Shown here in pieces: positions 16,459 through 24,776 of a DNA stretch of 32,000 nucleotides. The stretch spans positions 58,848-90,847 of the forward strand of contig CAYNZZ010000005.1 in assembly GCA_964401865.1 (NCBI GenBank), read 5' to 3'. Source of the DNA: an uncultured Erysipelotrichaceae bacterium (GTDB taxonomy: Bacteria; Bacillota_I; Bacilli_A; Erysipelotrichales; Erysipelotrichaceae). The notes beneath the pieces were generated by a model. It worked only from the letters and a program-made list of their open reading frames with translations. It did not search any database and was not told the DNA's origin. A program made the translations under genes and the position numbers. Numbering within the stretch: the first letter of the stretch is position 1; the number at the start of each line of letters is the position of its first letter.

Positions 16459-16533
16459 ATTTAATGCGTTAAATCTTAGGTCAATCGTTCATTTTGATTG
16501 AGAGATATATCATAATTTGTTGGAGGACACAAA

Positions 16534-16938
16534 ATGAAAAAATTAATATCCATAGTCATTTGCATTGTTGTTGTTTTATCGCTGACTGCCTGTGGCGGAA
16601 GTATCAAAGAGGCAAAAACTCATGATGTTGAGTCTGAAATGTACACCAAGGAAGATATCACATCGGCTATTGAAACTATAAAGAAAGAATTTAAGAGCAA
16701 CTGGGAAGGATGTTCCTTAAAAGAAATTTATTATGCAGGTGATGATATCGTAAAAGCCCATTAGGATTGGGCGGACAGAAACAATGCAGATGAGGTAATT
16801 GTTTTATTATCCTCCTATTATGTGGGACCTAACGGTGGGGATGGTTCTCTAAATCAGGATTACACATATACGAATTGGAACTGGATTTTAGTAAGAACAA
16901 GTGGTGGAAAATGGGTTCACGTTGACCATGGTTACTAA
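16534..16938 (+). pseudogene. Small lipoprotein interrupted by an in-frame TAG
   Basis: Lipobox VVVLSLTAC. The ORF stops at TAG (16762-16764), but the same frame continues as DWADRNNADEVIVLLSSYYVGPNGGDGSLNQDYTYTNWNWILVRTSGGKWVHVDHGY, ending at TAA (16936-16938). This tail looks coding. Confidence 0.6.
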
Positions 16939-16950
16939 TACAAATCTTAA

Positions 16951-17415
16951 TTTATTATCGCACCGTTGATCGAGTTTCTTTCAAATGGCGCTGGACCGGG
17001 ACTGACCGTAAATAAGATCTCTACATTCGATACGACCATCGATGGGTTTAAGAGCGAAAAAGTTGTAATCGAAAATGCAGATGAGATCAATCAGATCGGA
17101 TGCTGGACTTCACGGATCGAATATAATATTATGGATGATGTTAAAGTACTTGAAATCGAGGTGGAGATCCCTGAAGACTATAAACTGGTAACGCACATCT
17201 TTGATGAAGAACTTTACAAAGAAGATAAAGTAATCACTGAAACAGTCCTTAATCTATACTCTTATCTCAGGTGTGGCGGTCCCCTTGATGCGTATAATTC
17301 TCTGATATCTCATTTAAAGTAAGGGAAAATCATCGACTTTGAAAATGTCAATCGTGCAGGAACTGTTAAGATAACTTTATCCAAGGAAACATTCGATCGG
17401 CTTACTCTTAAATAA
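16951..17415 (+). pseudogene. Probable 5'-truncated gene remnant with an in-frame TAA
   Basis: Tracked ORF 16966..17322 begins at TTG and has no RBS or ATG. After TAA (17320-17322) the same frame continues for 30 codons (GKIIDFENVNRAGTVKITLSKETFDRLTLK). I recognise no family. Confidence 0.3.
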
Positions 17416-17481
17416 ATACATGTAAACGATATTTTATTAAAAATGCGGTAGAATGTTTTCTGTTCATGAAGGGAGTTCATA

Positions 17482-18069
17482 ATGGCTGATTTTACAACTA
17501 AAGCTATCAAAGAAGCCTATAAGAATCTGCTGGAAGAAAGGTCTGTCAGTAAGATAACAGTAAAGGATGTCTGTGAATGCTGTGGCATCCATAAAAATAC
17601 ATTCTATTATCATTTTGAAGATCTGCCTCATCTGCTAGAAGAAATCATGATCGCTTACGCCGACGAATTCATCGCTCAGTATCACGACATCAGTACCATC
17701 AATGACTGTATCGATTCTTTACAGAACTTCATCAAAAGCAATATCAAGGTCATTCGTCATATCATTGACTCAGGTAGCTACTCAGAAGCATTCCACAAGC
17801 TGTTATGGAAAATCTGTGAACATGTTTCTGATGAATATTCAGAACTCTTCGTCTCTAAAGAGCTGTTGAGTGAAGATAATCGCGAACTGCTTAAACATTC
17901 AATAAAATGCGAACTTTATGGTTATGCGGCCGATTGGATCTACACCGGCATGAATGGAAATCGGACCTATGACCTTATGAAACTCCATGAGGTTAAAAAG
18001 AGAGTCCTTGATAATATAAGCGAGAACCATGAGAAACTTCAGAACAGCGATCATATCGATCAGCAATAA
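17482..18069 (+). CDS. TetR/AcrR-family transcriptional regulator
   Basis: N-terminal HTH ITVKDVCECCGIHKNTFYYHFEDLPHLLEEI, typical of TetR regulators (the DhaS-like subgroup). GGGAG RBS 8 nt upstream. Confidence 0.85.
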   Translation: MADFTTKAIKEAYKNLLEERSVSKITVKDVCECCGIHKNTFYYHFEDLPHLLEEIMIAYADEFIAQYHDISTINDCIDSLQNFIKSNIKVIRHIIDSGSYSEAFHKLLWKICEHVSDEYSELFVSKELLSEDNRELLKHSIKCELYGYAADWIYTGMNGNRTYDLMKLHEVKKRVLDNISENHEKLQNSDHIDQQ

Positions 18070-18103
18070 AAACTAACATAACTATCGTCATTTAGACAGA
18101 TTT

Positions 18104-18134
18104 AGCCATGTGTACATATTTTGTGCTCATGGCT
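18104..18134 (+). promoter_or_regulatory. Inverted repeat between the TetR and MMPL genes (operator or weak terminator/attenuator)
   Basis: AGCCATG (18104-18110) pairs with CATGGCT (18128-18134), extendable imperfectly (AGCCATGtGtAC / GtGcTCATGGCT), and is followed by ATTTTTA. Confidence 0.35.
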
Positions 18135-18212
18135 ATTTTTACCTAATGAATAGCATTTTTAGCCGTAATAAGATTAGGAAGATAAAAGTAATATCCCAAA
18201 GGAGGGAGCGCT

Positions 18213-20282
18213 ATGAAATTTTCAAAATCGGTCGTAAAAAACCGCAAAATGATCCTCATCATTACGCTCATTCTGCTGATCCCATCAGTATTTGGCTACT
18301 TTGGCACCCGTGTAAACTACGATATGCTGACATACCTGCCAAGTGAAATGGATACAACGATCGGTCAGGAAGAGCTGATGAATGACTTCCATAAAGGAGC
18401 CTACGCCCTGATCGTTACTGAAAATATGGGTCAAACTGAGATCGCTGATCTGCAGAAAAGACTTGAAAAAATCGATCATGTAACTACTGTTATTGGCTAT
18501 GGCTCGCTTAATAATGGCCAAGTTCCTCTTGAACTGCTGCCTGAAAAACTGACAAAAGAATTCTATAAAGATGACGCTTCGATCATTGCCGTCTTCTTAG
18601 ATTCATCAACATCTGCCGACGTGACGATGGATGCCATCCGTGAGATGCGCAAAGTCTGCGGAAATAAATGTTTCGTTTCATCACTATCGTCGATGGTTAC
18701 TGACCTCAAAGATCTGTGCGAAAGAGAAGAGCCGATCTATGTGGGTATCGCTGTTGTTTTGAGCTTAGTAGCGATGGTGTTGCTACTTGATTCCTATCTG
18801 GCTCCATTCATCTTCTTATTGAGTATTGGTATGATGATCATCTTAAATCTTGGTACCAACTACTTCTTAGGTGAAGTATCCTACATCACCAAAGCTTTAT
18901 CAGCCGTCTTACAGTTAGCTGTAACCATGGATTACTCAATTTTCCTGTGGCACAGCTATAACGAACAGCTTAGCAAGAACAGTGATAATATTAGCGCTAT
19001 GGAAGAAGCAATCACACAGACCATCACTTCGGTTGTGGGCTCATCGATCACAACGGTTGCTGGCTTCATCGCTCTATGCTTTATGAGCTTTACATTAGGC
19101 AAAGACTTAGGAATCGTCATGGCTAAAGGCGTAGTGCTGGGTGTTATTGGCTGCGTTACTGTATTGCCGACCTTGATCCTGCTGTTTGATAAGGCGTTAC
19201 AAAAGACAAAACATCGAGCTCTCATTCCGGACATGAGTTCCATATCAAAAGGCATTGTCTCTAAATCACTGTTATTTATTCTGATTTTCCTGATTGCGCT
19301 TTATCCATCGATCTATAGCTACCGCAAAGCTAACAGTGAGGTCTATTTCAATCTGCAGGCAACGATGCCGGAGGATATGGACTTTGCTGTCGCTAACCGG
19401 AAACTGCAGGAAGATTTTGATATTGCTTCTACACATTTGCTGCTTGTCGACGCCAGCCTAGATGCCAAAGCTACAAAACAACTGGCTAAAGAAATGGAAG
19501 AGGTCGTCGGCATTAAATATGTGCTGGGGCTTGATGCGCTGACTGGCGGTCAGATTCCAGACGAGCTGATACCCGTCTCACTTAAGGCGGATCTGGAATC
19601 TGATAAATGGCAGCTACTGCTGATCAACTCGGAATATGGCGTCGCAACAGATGAGGTAAATGAACAGATTGATGAACTCAATCAGATCTTAAAGAAATAT
19701 GATCAGACCGGCATGCTGATAGGTGAAGCACCATGTATGAAAGACATGATCGAAGTTACCAACAAAGACTTCTCAGTCGTTAGTGCAGTCTCGATCGTTC
19801 TGGTCTTCCTTATTATTGCGCTGGTTGAAAAGAGCTTCTCTTTACCGTTCATTCTTATTAGCGTCATCGAATTTGCGATCTTTATCAATCTAGGTATGCC
19901 ACATTGGCTGCATCAGTCAATGCCATTCATTGCGCCAACCTGTGTTTCAACGATTCAGTTGGGTGCGACTGTCGATTACGCGATTCTGATGACAACACGT
20001 TACAAGAGCGAACGCTTGGCAGGACTTGATAAAAACGAGGCTGTAGCCAAGGCTCTGAGCACTTCGATCCCATCGATCATAGTTTCCAGTTTTGGTCTGT
20101 TTATGGCGACATTTGGCGTAGCGTTCTATTCAGAGATCGACATTATAAAGTCGATCTGTACGCTTATAGCTCGTGGCGCACTGATCTCAATGGGTTGCGT
20201 CGTGCTGGTACTTCCAGCATTGCTAGTCGTCTTTGACCATCTGATCGCCAGAACGACACTTGATATGCGAAAGACCAGATAA
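18213..20282 (+). CDS. MMPL-family (RND superfamily) membrane transporter
   Basis: 689 aa. Two repeated halves, each a TM helix, a large extracytoplasmic loop and a 5-TM bundle (e.g. LQLAVTMDYSIFLWHSY and IQLGATVDYAILMTTRY). AGGAGGGAG RBS. Confidence 0.85.
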   Translation: MKFSKSVVKNRKMILIITLILLIPSVFGYFGTRVNYDMLTYLPSEMDTTIGQEELMNDFHKGAYALIVTENMGQTEIADLQKRLEKIDHVTTVIGYGSLNNGQVPLELLPEKLTKEFYKDDASIIAVFLDSSTSADVTMDAIREMRKVCGNKCFVSSLSSMVTDLKDLCEREEPIYVGIAVVLSLVAMVLLLDSYLAPFIFLLSIGMMIILNLGTNYFLGEVSYITKALSAVLQLAVTMDYSIFLWHSYNEQLSKNSDNISAMEEAITQTITSVVGSSITTVAGFIALCFMSFTLGKDLGIVMAKGVVLGVIGCVTVLPTLILLFDKALQKTKHRALIPDMSSISKGIVSKSLLFILIFLIALYPSIYSYRKANSEVYFNLQATMPEDMDFAVANRKLQEDFDIASTHLLLVDASLDAKATKQLAKEMEEVVGIKYVLGLDALTGGQIPDELIPVSLKADLESDKWQLLLINSEYGVATDEVNEQIDELNQILKKYDQTGMLIGEAPCMKDMIEVTNKDFSVVSAVSIVLVFLIIALVEKSFSLPFILISVIEFAIFINLGMPHWLHQSMPFIAPTCVSTIQLGATVDYAILMTTRYKSERLAGLDKNEAVAKALSTSIPSIIVSSFGLFMATFGVAFYSEIDIIKSICTLIARGALISMGCVVLVLPALLVVFDHLIARTTLDMRKTR

Positions 20283-20294
20283 GGAGGGAATGAT

Positions 20295-22280
20295 ATGAAT
20301 ATTAGAAATAAAGTAATTATTGGCATAACAGGTCTGCTGGTACTAACAGGCTGTGCCAATGTAAATAAAAAAGATGAAGCCATTATCGCTCCAGTCACAA
20401 GTGAGAGTGAAAAGATCGTCTTAAGTGAAGATGGTGCAAATGAAGATATCATCTACATCATGCAGAACAGCGACGGCTCGCTTGATAAAGTCATGGTACC
20501 TGATAGTATAAAGAACAAGCTTATAGATAACAGTGGTACCGTTTCATCCTTTAAGATCACCGATATTGAAGGTAAAGAATTTGCCTATGCAGGAACATAT
20601 GAAAACGCAGTACCGGTAAGCGTCACTTATAGCTATTATCTGAATGGCAATAAACTTACTTATGAAGAATGCGAGGGCAAAAACGGTCACTTAATGCTGG
20701 TAATTTCTTACGACAATGCGACTGTTGATAAAATCAACAAGACTTGCGTACCATTCGCAATGGCATCAGTGATAAGTCTTGATGATTCATTTACAAATGT
20801 GGAAGTCGAAGGCGGAAAACTGCTGGAAAACGGCAACTTAACGATGGTTGCTGGACTTGCGATCCCTGGAATGAAAGAGTGCTTTGGCACTGATATTAAA
20901 GACGATGTGATCATTGAAGCTGACGTTAAAAACTTTAAACTTGAAAACATCTACACTATCGCAACAAGACTTGATTTGAATGATCTCGATTCAAAGAAGA
21001 TTGAAAACAAACTTAATGAACTCTACTCATCAATGACTGATCTTGATGACGCTATGAAGCAGTTAAAAGATGGCACCAGACAGCTGGATGCTGGTGCTGT
21101 AACTCTGAAGGATGGAGCCAATGAGCTTAGCAAGGGTCTGAGTCAGCTTTCTGCTAATTCAGGAGCTTTAAATGCTGGCTCTAAACAGGTCTTTGAATCT
21201 TTGCTGGCAACTGCGACTTCAACGATTAAGGGAAATGGCTTGGATATTCCAGCTCTGACGATCGCAAATTATGGCGATGTTTTAAAAGCGACAATTGATT
21301 CTTTGGATAAGGATAAAGTATATTCACAAGCCTACTCTCAGGTAAGAGCGGTAATTGAAGCTAATTATAAGGAACAGATCGTAAGTGCTGTAACAGACAC
21401 AGTTCAAGCTAATGTAGAGTTGCAGGTGACACAAGCTGTTAATGCTCAATATGAAGCAGCAGTAAAAGAGGCGGTAAGCGCTCAGGTTTTAGCGAACGAA
21501 GAACAGATAAGAATGGCCGTAACGCAAACTGTTAAAAGTCAGGTAGAGTCAGAGGTTAAAGCAGCGGTGCTTGAAGCTAAAGGTTTGAATGAAGAAGCTT
21601 ATATTGCATTAGACGATGAAACAAAAGCACTCATCGATTCTGCGATCGCTAATAATGTCGAAGATAAGATGGTAAGTGATGAGATCAAGACCTTGATTGC
21701 TTCTAATACAAATGAACAGATAGAATTGCTGATTGAAAAGACGACTGCTGAAACATTGGCTGAAAAACAGAAAGAGATTGCGCAGGTTATTATGGTTAAA
21801 ACGGCTGAACAGATGGCAAGCGATGATGTTAAAAATATCATAGCTGAAAATATTGAAGCTCAGATCAAATCTCAGACTGAAAACTATATCGCTAATGACC
21901 CAGATATTCAGATTAAATTTGAGGCTGCAGCTGAAGGAATCAAGCAGCTTCAAGGCGTTCTAGCACAGCTTGATGCTTACAACAGTTTCTATGTTGGTTT
22001 AAAGACTTATACTGATGGCGTCGATGCAGCGTATGCGGGTTCAAAGAAATTATCAGCCGGAGTCGATAAGCTTAAAGATGGAGCGAAGGAACTTCTGGAT
22101 GGCGTTGAAAAGTTCGATAGTGAGGGTATTCAGAAACTTATTGATACTGTTGATAGTGAACTCAAACCATTACAGAACCGTTTCAATACGATCAGAAAAC
22201 TGTCTGGAACTTATCGACCATTTAGTGATGTAAGCACTGAGATAGATGGTTCAATCAAATATGTTTTCTGCGCTAGATAA
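20295..22280 (+). CDS. Lipoprotein with YhgE/Pip-like N-terminal domain and Leu/Gly heptad-repeat and coiled-coil region
   Basis: Lipobox GLLVLTGC. LKDGTRQLDAGAVTLKDGANELSKGLSQLSANSGALNAGSKQ and the C-terminal LSAGVDKLKDGAKELLDGVEKF resemble the X-X-X-Leu-X-X-Gly heptads of YhgE/Pip proteins. A central Ala/Val/Gln-rich repeat reads AVTDTVQANVELQVTQAVNAQYEAAVKEAVSAQV. There is no C-terminal TM bundle. Confidence 0.6.
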   Translation: MNIRNKVIIGITGLLVLTGCANVNKKDEAIIAPVTSESEKIVLSEDGANEDIIYIMQNSDGSLDKVMVPDSIKNKLIDNSGTVSSFKITDIEGKEFAYAGTYENAVPVSVTYSYYLNGNKLTYEECEGKNGHLMLVISYDNATVDKINKTCVPFAMASVISLDDSFTNVEVEGGKLLENGNLTMVAGLAIPGMKECFGTDIKDDVIIEADVKNFKLENIYTIATRLDLNDLDSKKIENKLNELYSSMTDLDDAMKQLKDGTRQLDAGAVTLKDGANELSKGLSQLSANSGALNAGSKQVFESLLATATSTIKGNGLDIPALTIANYGDVLKATIDSLDKDKVYSQAYSQVRAVIEANYKEQIVSAVTDTVQANVELQVTQAVNAQYEAAVKEAVSAQVLANEEQIRMAVTQTVKSQVESEVKAAVLEAKGLNEEAYIALDDETKALIDSAIANNVEDKMVSDEIKTLIASNTNEQIELLIEKTTAETLAEKQKEIAQVIMVKTAEQMASDDVKNIIAENIEAQIKSQTENYIANDPDIQIKFEAAAEGIKQLQGVLAQLDAYNSFYVGLKTYTDGVDAAYAGSKKLSAGVDKLKDGAKELLDGVEKFDSEGIQKLIDTVDSELKPLQNRFNTIRKLSGTYRPFSDVSTEIDGSIKYVFCAR

Positions 22281-22656
22281 CTTAAAGCGAATATGAATAA
22301 AAGGGGTTGTAACCAAATCTAAAATTAGGAAGAGCGTTACAACTCTTTTTATATCCATGAATTAAAAAAGCCCAAGGAATCGAACCTGGGATGTTGTTAA
22401 AGCATATACTGCAAAATTTGAAAAAGGAAGATGCGACATTACCGGCAATATTGTGCCTTGCGGTTCCGGGCATTGTTATGGCAAAAGCACGTAATATGGT
22501 GAGAACATTGTACCTTCAGCAAAACATATAGGAGAAACAAATTTTAGTTCGACCGCTCAATCAAAGAAATAAAAAAGTAAATATTTAATCATGGTCGAGG
22601 CATTAAAACAGATTGCTTCGGCTTTTGTTTTAGATTTGCTTATAATTGGTCAACAA

Positions 22657-22709
22657 AAAATTACCCTTCGAAATGTAACTCTACGCACACTTATTTTAAG
22701 GGTAATTTT
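22657..22709. repeat. Perfect 12-bp inverted repeat with a 29-nt spacer
   Basis: AAAATTACCCTT (22657-22668) and AAGGGTAATTTT (22698-22709) are exact reverse complements. Confidence 0.8.
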
Positions 22710-22873
22710 CAATTTGCATTATAAATAAAGGGTTTCCGCATCCCTAAAATGGAAATATCTTATTTTAATAAGTAAAAATTGATCATTTCTATTTTTATCT
22801 TTTGTATAATGTAAAATATTTACAATGAAAATGATGAAATATATTACATTTTGTGAAAAAGTTTTAAAAAATA

Positions 22874-22902
22874 TTTACAATCGCTTTCAAACATAGTATA
22901 TT
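22874..22902 (+). promoter_or_regulatory. Promoter candidate for the peptide ABC transporter operon
   Basis: TTTACA (22874-22879), 17 nt, TATATT (22897-22902), about 34 nt upstream of the ATG at 22936. A duplicated copy of the -35 module lies 55 bp upstream. Confidence 0.45.
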
Positions 22903-22935
22903 TTTTTGTATATAAATAAAAAAGGGGGAGCAAAT

Positions 22936-23877
22936 ATGAAGAAGTATATTACCAAAAGACTCATCATGATGGTAATACTTTTGCTAGGAATGACATTTAT
23001 AGTGTTTTCAAGTCTATATCTAGCGCCAGGAGATCCGGCGGAAATAGCAGCAGGTGCTAGTGCGACAGAAGCAGAAATCGAGGCAATGAGAGAGTATTTA
23101 GGATTAAATAGACCATTCTTGGTACAGTATGGCACTTATTTAGTTAATTTATTACATGGTGATCTTGGAACTTCGTATATTACTCGTCAGCCAATATTAG
23201 ATGAATTATTAATCAGATTACCAAATACTCTTAACTTAGCAGTATCGAGTATGATATTCGCTTGCATTATCGGTATTCCACTCGGTGTAATTGCTGCTAT
23301 CAAGAAAGATTCGATTCTTGACAACTTGCTAACAACTGTTTCACTATTTGGTATCTCGGTTCCTAATTTCTGGTTAGGTTCAATTCTTATCATTGTATTC
23401 TGTGTACAACTGAAAATATTCCCTACCGGAGGAATGAGTGAACCATTCTGGACGGCTACCGGCTTCAAACAAGCTTTCTTGCCTTCGTTATCACTTGGTA
23501 TGCAAGTGGCAGCTAGTTTTATGAGAATTGGTCGTTCTAGTATGCTTGATGTACTACAATCAGATTACATCAGAACCGCAAGATCGAAAGGCTTAAAAGA
23601 AAAGAGTATTATTGTAATACACGCCTTAAAGAATGCAATGATACCTATCTTAACGCAAATGGGTACAAGTTTTGGTGGTTTGCTTGGTGGTTCAATGGTT
23701 ACCGAACAGGTATTTGCAATCAATGGTATTGGTTCATACTTGATTAATGCGATTAACCAAAGAAATTACTCAGCCGTACAAAGTACAGTATTTGTTATTG
23801 CATTTATGTTTGTTATTGTGAATTTAGTGGTCGATTTATTGTATAGCGTTATCGATCCTAGAATTCGCTATGAATAG
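22936..23877 (+). CDS. Peptide ABC transporter permease (OppB/DppB-like)
   Basis: AAGGGGGAG RBS before the ATG at 22936. The N-terminus ITKRLIMMVILLLGMTFIVF..LAPGDPA and the DYIRTARSKGL EAA-loop motif are typical of Opp/Dpp B-type permeases. Confidence 0.9.
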   Translation: MKKYITKRLIMMVILLLGMTFIVFSSLYLAPGDPAEIAAGASATEAEIEAMREYLGLNRPFLVQYGTYLVNLLHGDLGTSYITRQPILDELLIRLPNTLNLAVSSMIFACIIGIPLGVIAAIKKDSILDNLLTTVSLFGISVPNFWLGSILIIVFCVQLKIFPTGGMSEPFWTATGFKQAFLPSLSLGMQVAASFMRIGRSSMLDVLQSDYIRTARSKGLKEKSIIVIHALKNAMIPILTQMGTSFGGLLGGSMVTEQVFAINGIGSYLINAINQRNYSAVQSTVFVIAFMFVIVNLVVDLLYSVIDPRIRYE

Positions 23878-23890
23878 GAGGCAGTTATAG

Positions 23891-24763
23891 ATGAAAAAAA
23901 TGAATCCCATAACAACTGCCTTTCGCAAGTTGTTTAAAAATAAACTAGCTACAATTTGTTTTTTCTTAATCATTATTGAACTTACTATCGTAATATTCGC
24001 ACCGATGTTTACAAGTTATGATCCAATAGCTATGGACCCATCAATTCGTCTTAAACAAGGTTTTTGGGCGATAGGCACTGATAAGTATATTGCTGGGCAT
24101 TGGCTTGGAACTGACGAACTAGGCCGTGATGTATGGTCAAGAATTATATATGGTGGTCGTATTTCTTTGTCGGTTGGTTTTATCTCTACAACAATCGGTT
24201 TGATTTTCGGAACATTCTTCGGATTATTAGCCGGTTACTATAAAAAACTTGACAACATTATTATGAGAATAATGGATATCTTATTTACTTTCCCTGGAAT
24301 ATTGTTAGCTTTATTGATAGTTGCGATGTTAGGTGTCAATGTAATGAATGCCACAATTGCAATCAGTATCTGGTCGATACCTAGTTTCGCTAGAATGATT
24401 AGAGGTAGGGTTTTACAGATTAAAGAAGAAGAATATATTACCGCAATACGTTCTTTAGGAGCATCGGATTTTTGGATATTGACAAAGCACGTTTTGATCA
24501 ATGCTTTGCCAACTATCATTGTTATCGCTACAATGCGTATTGCCAGTTCAATTTTGTCGATTGCGACATTAAGTTATTTAGGTCTAGGCGTTCCACAACC
24601 AACACCGGAGTGGGGCGGTATGATATCATCAGCTAAAGCAGTAATGTATGACGCTAGTTACCTCATCTTTATCCCGGGTATCGCGGTTGTCATAACTGTA
24701 ATTTGTTTCAACATTTTAGGGGATAAATTGCGTGATATTCTAGACCCAAGTTTAAAAGATTAA
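23891..24763 (+). CDS. Peptide ABC transporter permease (OppC/DppC-like)
   Basis: HWLGTDELGRDVWSRIIYGGRISL and EEYITAIRSLGAS motifs are typical of C-type permeases. Confidence 0.9.
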   Translation: MKKMNPITTAFRKLFKNKLATICFFLIIIELTIVIFAPMFTSYDPIAMDPSIRLKQGFWAIGTDKYIAGHWLGTDELGRDVWSRIIYGGRISLSVGFISTTIGLIFGTFFGLLAGYYKKLDNIIMRIMDILFTFPGILLALLIVAMLGVNVMNATIAISIWSIPSFARMIRGRVLQIKEEEYITAIRSLGASDFWILTKHVLINALPTIIVIATMRIASSILSIATLSYLGLGVPQPTPEWGGMISSAKAVMYDASYLIFIPGIAVVITVICFNILGDKLRDILDPSLKD

Positions 24764-24776
24764 AAAGGAGAAAAGT

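Larger units (their letters stand above)
13441..22745. mobile_element. Putative horizontally acquired island (approximate boundaries) with a transposase-like gene at its left end
   Basis: Visibly higher G+C and different codon third-position usage than both flanks (single 60-nt lines counted by hand: 14041-14100 ~42%, 18301-18360 ~45%, against 2401-2460 ~25%). It contains a transposase-family ORF, three decayed genes and a TetR-MMPL cassette. A 13-bp inverted match, CCTTTATTTATAA (13460-13472) against TTATAAATAAAGG (22719-22731), sits near both edges. No target-site duplication was found. Confidence 0.4.

Noticed and set aside
16275-16472. 65-aa ORF overlapping the 3' end of the XRE pseudogene
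   Set aside because: It is a third frame with a Cys/Arg-rich, unprotein-like sequence. The plausible TM-helix continuation is in a different frame, ending at 16458.
18110-18346. 78-aa plus-strand ORF upstream of and overlapping the MMPL start
   Set aside because: It overlaps the MMPL start in another frame and lacks an RBS, whereas the MMPL ATG at 18213 has AGGAGGGAG. The peptide has no protein-like features.
22366-22396. GGAATCGAACC motif as a possible tRNA gene on the minus strand
   Set aside because: Only a T-arm-like hairpin with one mismatch is present. No acceptor, D or anticodon arms can be folded, so it is kept only as a possible relic in the findings.
18285-22473. Multiple minus-strand and off-frame ORFs inside the MMPL and YhgE-like genes and just after them (18285..18521, 18956..19255, 19703..19888, 20126..20452, 20708..20950, 21599..21953, 22015..22233, 22282..22473)
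   Set aside because: All are antisense or alternative frames of long, well-supported genes or of non-coding remnant DNA. They are compositional artefacts of the repeat-rich, higher-GC sequence.
22560-22935. Riboswitch or T-box leader in the 375-nt region upstream of the peptide transporter operon
   Set aside because: I could not find the T-box consensus (GGTGGTACCGCG-like) or the SAM/S-box conserved core. Only the repeats reported separately are visible.
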